From the NCBI GenBank assembly GCA_046590705.1, contig JBKJUK010000213.1, positions 1-48,841 on the forward strand: a stretch of DNA of 48,841 nucleotides, written 5' to 3'. Positions within the stretch are counted from its first letter, which is position 1. Each line of letters opens with the position of its first letter. The notes beneath the pieces are model-generated. The model had not been told where the DNA came from, made no database searches, and saw only the letters and a program-made list of their open reading frames with translations. Shown piece after piece: positions 1 to 8,114 of the stretch. A program made the translations under genes and the position numbers. The stretch comes from Thermoanaerobaculia bacterium (GTDB lineage Bacteria > Acidobacteriota > Thermoanaerobaculia > Gp7-AA8).

Positions 1-27
1 GCTGGTCATGCGCGCTGCGCTCACCAC

Positions 28-72
28 GCTGATGAACGCAGAACGCAGAACGCAGAACGATGAAGTAAGAAA
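28..72 (+). repeat. Intergenic repeat family B, copy 1: GCTGATGAACGCAGAACGCAGAACGCAGAACGATGAAGTAAGAAA (3.5 tandem GAACGCA heptads)
   Basis: An identical 45-mer occurs at 39207-39251 and a 44/45 match at 44437-44481. All three are in the same orientation and lie outside called CDS. Confidence 0.85.
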
Positions 73-200
73 ATAAAGGGCAGTTCCAGTGTGCCTGGGA
101 ACTGCGCTCGCGCTTCGCGGAGTAGGTCCGCAACTTCTCAATGGTGGCGAGAGTCAGCCGCGAGATGCAGAGCGTACTAGTCCAGTCGTACAACGATACT

Positions 201-641
201 TCAGACTGAGTGAACCTGGCCGGGTTCTCCCATTCTGTGATGGGGGAAATGGCTGGCCATGTTCGCGGCAGTCTTCGGATCGAGGATGAATTCGAAGGCG
301 TGTCCGCGCGAGCGAATGCGCAAGACTTTTCCCTTGTCTGCGGAGACATCTTTACCAGTGGCAAGCTCGTTGTCGTATTCGACTTCGTCGATCCTTGCGA
401 TATCCAGCTTGGCCTGCAGGTCGTAGTTCTCGTAGTAGAACGCTGAGTCGCTCAGCGAGACGATGACCGGGATGTGCTCTCTTCCCTCGACGTAATCGGC
501 CCGGCTGGCCAGCATGGTTTCGCCGCGCCTTCGCTCGATGATCTCGTCGAGCCGAGCGTCCGCATGTTTGCGCATGAGTAGAATTGCCAGCGCCGCGACG
601 ATGACGACTCCGGTCAGAGTGATGATTCCGAGAAGGGACAT
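201..641 (-). CDS. Hypothetical membrane-anchored protein (single N-terminal TM helix)
   Basis: 146-aa ORF with an ATG start. The N-terminus LLGIITLTGVVIVAALAILL is hydrophobic and the rest is a soluble domain. I recognise no family. Confidence 0.55.
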   Translation of the reverse strand: MSLLGIITLTGVVIVAALAILLMRKHADARLDEIIERRRGETMLASRADYVEGREHIPVIVSLSDSAFYYENYDLQAKLDIARIDEVEYDNELATGKDVSADKGKVLRIRSRGHAFEFILDPKTAANMASHFPHHRMGEPGQVHSV

Positions 642-786
642 GATTCCTCCTGCAGCAAATTACGCTTTCCATCAATGTAGGTCCGAAATCGCGCGCGCGC
701 ATCTTTCCCGCCAGAGCCCGGTTCTGAGGCTCATCCGGAATGTCTGCTGACATTCACGGTCAGGGACACGTACAATACGGTTCAGG

Positions 787-1254
787 ATGCCGGAAGGCAG
801 GCGTAAAACACGACTCGAACATTCTGCCGGAGGTGCGGTTTTGACTCTGCAGGACGGTCGCGCGCATGTCGCAATGATCGCTACGCGCCGGAGGACCCGC
901 TGGGGACTTCCCAAAGGTGCCCTGTCCACTGGAGAAACGGCTGAACAGGCTGCGGTGAGAGAAGTCCGCGAGGAAACGGGCCTCGACGCCGAGGTGGTCA
1001 GCCTGCTCGACTCCATCGAGTACTTCTTCCGGGCCGGTGACGTCCTGATTCAAAAGACCGTTGATTTCTACCTGATGCGACACCTCGGAGGCGTGATGCA
1101 GCCCCAACTCTCCGAAGTTGACGACGTCGCCTGGATCTCTCTCGACGCCGCGCTGGAGAAAGCGAGCTTCGATTCCGAGCGAAAACTACTGGAGCAGGCC
1201 ACGCTCATCTGGACTGACTACTCCGAAGACGAACGCCGCCGCTACGCAGTTTGA
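787..1254 (+). CDS. NUDIX hydrolase
   Basis: Nudix box GLPKGALSTGETAEQAAVREVREETGL (GX5EX7REUXEEXGU pattern). Confidence 0.85.
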   Translation: MPEGRRKTRLEHSAGGAVLTLQDGRAHVAMIATRRRTRWGLPKGALSTGETAEQAAVREVREETGLDAEVVSLLDSIEYFFRAGDVLIQKTVDFYLMRHLGGVMQPQLSEVDDVAWISLDAALEKASFDSERKLLEQATLIWTDYSEDERRRYAV

Positions 1255-1511
1255 TCGCTTCAGCAGAGAATCAGGCTGGAGCAGTGTCCGGTCCGTCTCG
1301 GACGAAGAGACTTCTCACCATCGCTGACGAACTGAAAGCGCGCAGGAAGAGCGGGCGTGGGCAGGATGCTGCTCTTTTCCGGATGTCTGCAGCGCTCGTT
1401 CCAGAGCTTGTTGAGTGCCTGGTCGTGTCCGACGGACTGGTCGGTCGGGCCAGAACGAACGCTGGCGGTCTCTCGCTTGCAAAGAGGGGAATTGACTGAG
1501 TTTCGAGAACG

Positions 1512-3797
1512 ATGAATTCCACAATTAGACGAGGCCTGTGGGCCATTTTCGGCGGGCTGTTCGTCTTCGTGACTCTTGCCGCGACCGTGAACCTGATGGT
1601 CCTGCAGCGTGAGAAGAAACGGCAGGCACGTCTGGCTCGGGTGTCGGAGCCACTTCTCTTCGCGGTCATGTCCATGGACGCATCCATCAGCAGCATGCTC
1701 TCGGCGGCGCGTGGATACACGCTGAGCAACGGGCGATCAGAGTTTCTCGCGCAATATGATGAGTCGGTCAGAGACTTCGAGCGGAAGGCCACTGCAGCTG
1801 CCCACTTGCGCATGGAGCCTCGAGACGGGCGACTCGTGAATCAGCTTCGATCTCACTTCCTGACACTCAAGGAAATTTCTGATCGGCAGCTGCAACAGAC
1901 TGACGTCGGCCGAAGTGACCAGGCCACCGCGGCCATGCTGGAAGCGGCAAGGCAGCGAAGATCGGCGCTCGATTTCGCCGGTTCTTTCTATGAGAGGGAG
2001 CGGATTCGCGAAGCTGCGCTCACCGAGGAGCTGGCCGCGCTGCGTCTGGCCCTGACACTGATGCTGGTCGGTATGAGCATCGGCATTCTTCTGGTCGGGG
2101 TTTTCTCGGTGCTGGCGACCGAGCGATGGATCGCTCGCTCCATGGCCGGCCAGGTGAGACGCACCGAAGCGATCATTGGCGGGATGGCGGACGGAATTAT
2201 GCTGGTCGACGAAAGCGGTCGTCTGGTCTTCATCAACCCCGCCGGCGAAGAATTACTCGGTGCGAAGAAACTCGGAGTTCCGATCGAGAAGGAAGTGGAA
2301 GTCTTCGGTTTCAGGAATGCCGACGGCACGGTGATGGATGCGAGTGCGGTTCCGGCTGCGCAGGCGCTAAGCACAGGGAACGCTGTCAAAGACGTGATCG
2401 TGATGATTGATCGTGGAGACAGCAAAATTACTGTTTCCATGAGTGCAATCCCGCTGCATGAAGAGGACGAACGGGTCTCGGGAGTCATCACCAGTTTTCG
2501 CGACGTGACGGAGCGTAGAAAACTCGAGGAAGAGATGCAGCTGCAGGCCGAGCGCGCACAGATCCTGGCGGATGCCGGAGCCTTCTTCGCCAGTAATGTC
2601 GATCCGTCCTGGGTGACACAGGCCATCGCGGAGCGTGTGGCCGAGGTGCTCGGAGACTGGGCGGCGGTAATCCTCAGGGAGCCAGGTATGAATCAACTGC
2701 GGGTGGCTTCGATCTATCACCGTGACATCTCTTCGCTGGGACTAGCCAGGTCCTTCGTCGACCGGCAGCCCATGATCGTTGGAGATGGGATCTTCGGACA
2801 GGTTGTTGGTAGTGGATCTCTGTCACTCACTTCGAATCTCGACGGCACCACCGTTCCCTCCGGCGACGCGACTCAGGCCGCCGATCCCGCGTTCACCACC
2901 AGGATCGCTTCGCTGCTCGTGCTTCCTCTGAGAAATCATCGCGAGATCATCGGGGCGCTGGTCATCGCCGCGACCGATCCTGCACGGAGGATGATCGAGA
3001 AGAGGCTTCCGCTGGCGGAAGTGCTGGCCGAACGGGCCACGCTGGCCATCGAGAATGCGCGCCTCTACAGCGAGCAGGTCGACGCCCGCAGAAAGCTGGA
3101 AGACTTGTCACGATTGAAGGATGAGTTCCTGTCGATTGCCTCGCACGAGTTACGAACGCCCGTGACTTCCATCAAGGGTTACACCCAGCTGGCCAAAACA
3201 CTCATTCAGGAGAACGACCTCTCCACTTCCGTCGAGTATCTGAACATTGCCCTCGACCAGATCGACCGCATGTCGAGGCTCATCATTGAGCTTCTCGATG
3301 TCTCTCGAATTGAAACTGGACGGCTGGATATCAGGAGCGAATCGCTGGGCTGGCTCGACTTCGTGCGGGGTGTTGTCGCGCGAAGCAGTACGGCCAATCA
3401 GGACAGGAAGTTCGATCTGGAGCTGCCCGCCGGAAATCTGATCATCACCGGTGACCGCGATCGACTGGAGCAGGTACTCGGAAATCTGCTCGAGAACGGA
3501 GTGAAGTACTCGCCTGACGGCACCGGAATCAGCGTGAGTGTTGAAACGACTGACGGTAAGGTCGTCACTTCGGTGAGGGACCACGGGATCGGAATACCGG
3601 CTGACGAACTAGCACAGGTATTCGAGCGCTTTCACCGCGGGCGTCAGGTCTCAGCCAGCAACTATGGCGGCCTGGGGCTGGGACTCTACATCTCGAAGCA
3701 GATCGTCGAGCGGCATGGAGGGACGATCTGGGTGGAGAGTCGCGAGGGTTTCGGCACGACCTTTCACTTCTCGCTTCCGATCGATGCTGTGTCCTGA
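1512..3797 (+). CDS. Sensor histidine kinase (N-terminal TM/CHASE3-like sensor, PAS, GAF, HisKA, HATPase)
   Basis: TM helix near the N-terminus and a second around aa 185. PAS-like IIGGMADGIMLVDESGRLVFINPAG. H-box FLSIASHELRTPVTSIKGY. N, G1 and G2 boxes NLLENGVKYSP, DHGIGIP, GGLGLGLYISK. Confidence 0.9.
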   Translation: MNSTIRRGLWAIFGGLFVFVTLAATVNLMVLQREKKRQARLARVSEPLLFAVMSMDASISSMLSAARGYTLSNGRSEFLAQYDESVRDFERKATAAAHLRMEPRDGRLVNQLRSHFLTLKEISDRQLQQTDVGRSDQATAAMLEAARQRRSALDFAGSFYERERIREAALTEELAALRLALTLMLVGMSIGILLVGVFSVLATERWIARSMAGQVRRTEAIIGGMADGIMLVDESGRLVFINPAGEELLGAKKLGVPIEKEVEVFGFRNADGTVMDASAVPAAQALSTGNAVKDVIVMIDRGDSKITVSMSAIPLHEEDERVSGVITSFRDVTERRKLEEEMQLQAERAQILADAGAFFASNVDPSWVTQAIAERVAEVLGDWAAVILREPGMNQLRVASIYHRDISSLGLARSFVDRQPMIVGDGIFGQVVGSGSLSLTSNLDGTTVPSGDATQAADPAFTTRIASLLVLPLRNHREIIGALVIAATDPARRMIEKRLPLAEVLAERATLAIENARLYSEQVDARRKLEDLSRLKDEFLSIASHELRTPVTSIKGYTQLAKTLIQENDLSTSVEYLNIALDQIDRMSRLIIELLDVSRIETGRLDIRSESLGWLDFVRGVVARSSTANQDRKFDLELPAGNLIITGDRDRLEQVLGNLLENGVKYSPDGTGISVSVETTDGKVVTSVRDHGIGIPADELAQVFERFHRGRQVSASNYGGLGLGLYISKQIVERHGGTIWVESREGFGTTFHFSLPIDAVS

Positions 3798-3799
3798 TC

Positions 3800-3833
3800 C
3801 CTGACAGTTTGCAGCAGTGACTGAACTGTCAGG
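3800..3833. terminator. Bidirectional hairpin between the convergent kinase and trmFO genes
   Basis: Perfect 10-bp stem, CCTGACAGTT (3800-3809) with AACTGTCAGG (3824-3833), and a 14-nt loop. It overlaps the trmFO stop codon. Confidence 0.5.
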
Positions 3834-5148
3834 CGCTGGCCATGATTCGGTCTCGCAACTGCTCGATCTCCTGGATCGCGAGGGCAACCTGGAGTTCACG
3901 TTTCTCTTTCTTTCTCTTCTTTCCGATCCTGTCCTCGATCAGGGCCCAGGTGACATTCGAGGGTTGATAGCGCTCCGGTGAGCTTTCAGCGACGTGCCTT
4001 CCCAGCGCTCCAAGAGCGGTGTGATAGGGAAGCGTGGCGAAAGAAGTGCCACTGGCAGCCGCGTCGATGTAGTGGCTCACCAGTAACCCCGTTGCAGCCG
4101 ACTCGATGTAACCTTCGACGCCGGTGATCTGTCCCGCGAAATAGAGATTCTCGCGCTTCTTGAACGAGAAGCGGCTGGTGAGATGGCGGGGACCGTTGAT
4201 GAAAGTGTTGCGGTGCATCGAACCCCAGCGTGCAACGGAGCAGTTCTCGAGACCCGGGATCAACTGAAGGACGGTTTTCTGCGAAGGGATCTTCATCTTG
4301 GTCTGAAAGCCGACCAGGTTGAAGTACTCATCGGAAAGGTCTTCCTTGCGCAGTTGCACCACGGCGTGGGGGCGGACTCCGGTGACAGGGTGCTCGAGGC
4401 CTACCGGCTTCATCGGGCCGAAGCGGAGAGTCTCCGGTCCTCGCGAAGCAATCTCTTCGACCGGGAGACAACCTTCGAAGTGGACTGCTTTCTCGAAGTC
4501 ATGAAGAGGATAGAGTTCAGCAGCGGCGAGAGCATCCAGGAACCTGCGGTACTCAGCCTCGGTCATGGGAGCGTTCAGGTAATCGATCCCCGAGCCTTTG
4601 TCGTAGCGCGACTTCCAGTAGAGCTTCGAGTAGTCGAGAGAATCGGCGGCGATGATCGGTGCGATGGCGTCGTAGAAATAGAGTCCGTCTGCGCCGACCA
4701 GATGATTGATTTCCGAGAAGAGCGCTTCGCTGGTCAGGGGACCTGTGGCCACGACCAGATAATCGCAGACGAGGTCGAGTGTCGTCACCTCTTCCCGCTT
4801 CAGTCGAATGTCAGGCTCAGATTCCACCAGCTCGGTCATGCGACGTGCGAAACGATCGCGGTCGACGGCGAAGGCATCGCCAGCCGGAACGCGGGCATAT
4901 TCTCCCGCCTCCATCACCACAGAGCCGAGCAGCTGCATCTCCTTCTTCAATAGTCCTACGGCGTTGGTGGGGGACGACGAACGAAATGAATTCGAGCAGA
5001 CCAGTTCGGCCAGGTCGCCAGTCTGATGCGCCGGAGTCTTTCTTTCGGGTCGCATCTCATACAGGTCGACTTTGTGACCGCGTCGTGCAAGTTGGATTGC
5101 GCATTCTGAGCCGGCCAGACCAGCCCCGATGACACTGACGTTCGCCAT
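3829..5148 (-). CDS. trmFO: Methylenetetrahydrofolate--tRNA-(uracil-5-)-methyltransferase TrmFO
   Basis: N-terminal FAD fold VSVIGAGLAGSECAIQLARRGHKVDLYEMRP. Length of 439 aa and overall sequence are typical of TrmFO/Gid. Confidence 0.9.
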   Translation of the reverse strand: MANVSVIGAGLAGSECAIQLARRGHKVDLYEMRPERKTPAHQTGDLAELVCSNSFRSSSPTNAVGLLKKEMQLLGSVVMEAGEYARVPAGDAFAVDRDRFARRMTELVESEPDIRLKREEVTTLDLVCDYLVVATGPLTSEALFSEINHLVGADGLYFYDAIAPIIAADSLDYSKLYWKSRYDKGSGIDYLNAPMTEAEYRRFLDALAAAELYPLHDFEKAVHFEGCLPVEEIASRGPETLRFGPMKPVGLEHPVTGVRPHAVVQLRKEDLSDEYFNLVGFQTKMKIPSQKTVLQLIPGLENCSVARWGSMHRNTFINGPRHLTSRFSFKKRENLYFAGQITGVEGYIESAATGLLVSHYIDAAASGTSFATLPYHTALGALGRHVAESSPERYQPSNVTWALIEDRIGKKRKKEKRELQVALAIQEIEQLRDRIMASA

Positions 5149-5154
5149 CGGAAA

Positions 5155-5481
5155 CTAATTCGACGGTTCCAGATTTCCGCCGAACGGAACGGCATCGATG
5201 TCCATTCTGATCTCGCCGAATTTCTGCTCGTAAAGACTGACGTTCTGCGCCAGCGCCTGCAGCAACTGCTTGCTGTGAAGCGGAGTCATGATCACGCGGC
5301 TGTACACCTTCACCTCAGCCTTGCCGGGCATGATGCGCCCGAGGTCGATGATGAATTCGCTGGGGGAGTGGATGATGTTGGCGAAGTTGACGTAATGACC
5401 CTGGGCCACCTCGTCGTCCAGCGCAATGCGAATCGTCTGCTGTTCTTCCATTTTCTCTCCGGGGAATGTGAATGACGGCAC
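5155..5481 (-). CDS. DUF3467-family small protein
   Basis: 108 aa. The core GHYVNFANIIHSPSEFIIDLGRIMPG ... IMTPLHSKQLLQAL matches my memory of the DUF3467 signature. It lies 6 bp upstream of trmFO on the same strand. Confidence 0.7.
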   Translation of the reverse strand: MPSFTFPGEKMEEQQTIRIALDDEVAQGHYVNFANIIHSPSEFIIDLGRIMPGKAEVKVYSRVIMTPLHSKQLLQALAQNVSLYEQKFGEIRMDIDAVPFGGNLEPSN

Positions 5482-5598
5482 ATTATGGAGTCTGCTGACG
5501 TGAATGACGAGTTCCTGTTCCGATGAATTTTAAACGGATGTCATTTCATCGGTGAGAACCGGGTTCGGAAATGGTCGTTGATGACTTGATGCTCGACT

Positions 5599-5642
5599 GG
5601 CAGGTGCCATGTCACACGTCGCGGTGACGTCCGGCACCTGCC
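5599..5642 (+). promoter_or_regulatory. Nested inverted repeat in the leader of the NMO-like gene
   Basis: GGCAGGTGCC (5599-5608) pairs with GGCACCTGCC (5633-5642). Inside it, GTCAC..GTGAC forms an inner inverted repeat (5611-5628). The element lies 32 nt upstream of ATG 5674. Confidence 0.3.
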
Positions 5643-5673
5643 AATCGAGCGGAAGGTGCGAAGCTGCACCTCA

Positions 5674-7092
5674 ATGAAAAAACCTTTGATCATTCAGGGT
5701 GGAATGGGGGCGGGTGTCTCTTCATGGCGGCTCGCGAACGCGGTTTCGTCACTCGGCCAGCTCGGCGTGGTCTCAGGTGTCGCCCTCGATGTGATCCTCG
5801 CACGCCGTCTGCAGGATGGCGACATCGATGGAAGCGTGCGGAGTGCACTAGGGCATTTTCCGCTACCTGCGATTGCGGCGAAAATCGTAAAACGATATTT
5901 CATCAAGGGCGGCAGGGCTGAAGGTCACCCCTATAAAACCGTGCCGATGCATTCACTGAGCCCCGGCCGTGACCTGATCGAGTTGACGATCGCCGCAAAC
6001 TTCGTCGAGGTATTTCTCGCGCGCGAAGGTCACGCCTGTGACGTCGGTATCAATTATCTGGAAAAGATTCAGCTCCCGCTTCTTCCGTCGATTTACGGAG
6101 CGATGCTTGCCGGGGTCGCGTACGTGCTCGTCGGTGCCGGAATCGCGACGCGGATTCCGGGCGTGCTGGACCGTTTTACCAATCACGAGTCAGCAACGTA
6201 CGAGATCGCGGTGTCGGGAGATGGAGTGGAACCGCTGTCGGTCTGCTTCGATCCCGCCGAGCACAGCGGCGGCACCCTGCTGGCCCGATTGCAACGGCCG
6301 TATTTCTTCCCGATCATCGCCTCGAATGTGTTGGCGACAACCATGGTGAAGCGATCGAATGGGCGTGTCGATGGTTTCGTGATTGAAGCCTCGCAGGCAG
6401 GGGGTCACAATGCGCCGCCGAGAGGAAAATTGCAGCTCGATGCTCTGGGACAACCCGTCTATGGTGAGAAAGATGTTGTCGATCTTGCAAGGATCGCAGA
6501 GCTTGGTCTCCCGTTCTGGCTGGCTGGCGGCCAGGCCACGGCTGAAAAACTCAGGATCGCTCTCGCCGCCGGAGCAGCAGGCATCCAGGTGGGAACTGCC
6601 TTCGCATTCTGTGAGGAATCAGGGCTCGCTCCCGATTTGCGTGCTGCAGTGACGCGGAAGGCGGTAGCAGGCACGAACAAAGTCTTCACCGATCCGCTCT
6701 GCTCACCGACACGATTCCCGTTCAAAATCGTGGAACTCGCGGGAACGTTGAGTGAGTCCGATCTCTATAAAAACCGTGAGCGCGTTTGCGACCTCGGGTT
6801 CCTGAGGGAAGTTTTCCGGGGGGAGGACGGCAGGATCGGATATCGCTGCGCTTCTGAACCGGTCGATGCCTTTGTTTCGAAAGGCGGGGACGCCGAGGAA
6901 ACTAACGGTCGCAAATGTCTTTGCAATGCACTGGTCGCGAATATTGGACAGCCGCAACTTCGCATCGCTGGTAACGAACTGCCGTTGCTGACTGCTGGTG
7001 ATGACCTTGTGGAAATCGGCAGGTTCCTGCGCGATGGAAGAACAGCCTATACGGCAGCAGATGTGGTTGGCGCCATTCTCGGCAACTCATAA
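5674..7092 (+). CDS. Nitronate monooxygenase / 2-nitropropane dioxygenase-like FMN enzyme (long form)
   Basis: N-terminus MKKPLIIQGGMGAGVSSWRLANAVSSLGQLGVVSG and later IEASQAGGHN are typical of the NMO/NPD family. Start moved from the track's GTG 5656 to ATG 5674. Confidence 0.8.
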   Translation: MKKPLIIQGGMGAGVSSWRLANAVSSLGQLGVVSGVALDVILARRLQDGDIDGSVRSALGHFPLPAIAAKIVKRYFIKGGRAEGHPYKTVPMHSLSPGRDLIELTIAANFVEVFLAREGHACDVGINYLEKIQLPLLPSIYGAMLAGVAYVLVGAGIATRIPGVLDRFTNHESATYEIAVSGDGVEPLSVCFDPAEHSGGTLLARLQRPYFFPIIASNVLATTMVKRSNGRVDGFVIEASQAGGHNAPPRGKLQLDALGQPVYGEKDVVDLARIAELGLPFWLAGGQATAEKLRIALAAGAAGIQVGTAFAFCEESGLAPDLRAAVTRKAVAGTNKVFTDPLCSPTRFPFKIVELAGTLSESDLYKNRERVCDLGFLREVFRGEDGRIGYRCASEPVDAFVSKGGDAEETNGRKCLCNALVANIGQPQLRIAGNELPLLTAGDDLVEIGRFLRDGRTAYTAADVVGAILGNS

Positions 7093-7157
7093 TCTTCAGC
7101 TTCACCAAGAAGGCAAGGCGTGACGCGGGTGCAGCACCGAACCCTGGTGTGACGTTC

Positions 7158-7790
7158 TCAGGGCGACAAACGCTCGATCGCCCATTCAGATCCCTCGCGG
7201 CGATAGCGAAGCCGGTCGTGGAGTCGCGATGGGCGTCCCTGCCAGAACTCGATCGAGTCCGGCACCACGCGCCAGCCGCCCCAGAAAGGTGGCCGTGGAA
7301 TCGCCTCGCCCGCGAATCGCGCCGCTACCTGACGAACCTGCTCGTCGAGAATTTCGGAATTCGGAAGCACGCTGCTCTGTGAAGAGGCCCATGCGCCGAT
7401 CTGCGACTCTCGTGGGCGTGTCATGAAGTAGGCGTCGGATTCCATGCGGTCGATTTTTTCGACGCGGCCCTCGATGCGCACCTGCCGCTCCATTGGCGAC
7501 CACCAGAAGACCAGTGCTGCGAATGGATGCTTCTCGAACTCGAGCGACTTCCTGCTTTCATAATTCGTGAAGAAGACGAAACCTTTGTCGTTGTAGCCCT
7601 TCATGAGAATCACACGCGCTGTGGGCTTTCCATCGACTACCGTTGCTACGGTCATCGCTTCAGGATGCATGAGCCCGAGGCCACAAGCCTCGTAGAACCA
7701 CTTACCAAACTGAGTGAGAGGATCCCGCTCGACTCGAGAGTGGTCGGTAGTCCATCTCACAACCTCCGGGTTGCCGGCCTGCATCGACAT
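7158..7790 (-). CDS. pdxH: Pyridoxamine 5'-phosphate oxidase
   Basis: [37 protein letters not shown] ... [17 protein letters not shown] is a classic PdxH C-terminal signature. Start set at the internal ATG (MSMQAGN), giving 210 aa; the upstream 91 codons of the ORF look non-coding. Confidence 0.9.
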   Translation of the reverse strand: MSMQAGNPEVVRWTTDHSRVERDPLTQFGKWFYEACGLGLMHPEAMTVATVVDGKPTARVILMKGYNDKGFVFFTNYESRKSLEFEKHPFAALVFWWSPMERQVRIEGRVEKIDRMESDAYFMTRPRESQIGAWASSQSSVLPNSEILDEQVRQVAARFAGEAIPRPPFWGGWRVVPDSIEFWQGRPSRLHDRLRYRREGSEWAIERLSP

Positions 7791-7898
7791 GACTGTTCCT
7801 CTCGCGGGTTCCATCCGCGACCACGGCAACCGCTCGGAAGTCGGGCATTTGGCGTGGTAACTCCGCCGGTCATCATCCAGCAACGTTCCGGAGCCAGC

Positions 7899-7914
7899 GG
7901 TGCGACACGTCACA
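7899..7914 (-). promoter_or_regulatory. CRP/FNR-like box (minus-strand reading TGTGA-CGTGTC-GCACC)
   Basis: 8/10 match to TGTGA-N6-TCACA. It shares 12/15 positions with the box at 8027. It lies in the divergent pdxH-nosZ intergenic region. Confidence 0.35.
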
Positions 7915-8026
7915 GATCGAGGTGAAGTGGATAGCGAGAAAGTTCTGCACCGCGACTCGCACACCGCCCGATCCTCTCGATGCAACAGGGCAGATTGGCC
8001 GCGGCGCGTTTCGCCGAAGCTCTCGG

Positions 8027-8042
8027 TGTGACATCTCGCACG
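8027..8042 (+). promoter_or_regulatory. CRP/FNR-like box TGTGA-CATCTC-GCACG upstream of nosZ
   Basis: 8/10 match to TGTGA-N6-TCACA, centred about 80 bp upstream of the nosZ ATG. Confidence 0.4.
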
Positions 8043-8048
8043 CTGTTG

Positions 8049-8064
8049 GGTGACGTGAGTCATA
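8049..8064 (+). promoter_or_regulatory. CRP/FNR-like box GGTGA-CGTGAG-TCATA upstream of nosZ
   Basis: 8/10 match to TGTGA-N6-TCACA. Its centre is 22 bp (about two helical turns) from the 8027 box. Confidence 0.4.
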
Positions 8065-8114
8065 CGGCGCGCTCGCCCTCCCCGCTATCGTCGGGTCGTA
8101 AGAAGGAGGAGCAA

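Noticed and set aside
34-61. Tandem GAACGCA heptads as a CRISPR array or microsatellite.
   Set aside because: There are only 3.5 units of 7 nt with no spacers. The same fixed number occurs in all three copies, so it is part of a 45-nt dispersed repeat and not an array or a variable repeat.
1251-1499. An 82-aa ORF between the Nudix gene and the histidine kinase.
   Set aside because: It has a non-ATG start, Arg/Ala/Gly-rich low-complexity composition and no motif. The region is better treated as the kinase promoter region.
7791-8063. A 91-codon N-terminal extension of the pdxH ORF in the track (301 aa).
   Set aside because: The extension is Arg/Ser/Cys-rich and unlike PdxH. It would run through the nosZ promoter region and overlap the nosZ ORF extension. 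The canonical PdxH length is restored by starting at ATG 7790.
7980-8114. Upstream extension of the nosZ ORF (track start 7980), with similar extensions for nosL (10133), glmS (41218), gcvT (45601), mnmA (37850) and the EBP (22892).
   Set aside because: In each case an internal ATG sits immediately before a signal peptide or the conserved N-terminus (for example MCGIVG in GlmS), often with a Shine-Dalgarno sequence. The extensions have junk-like composition.
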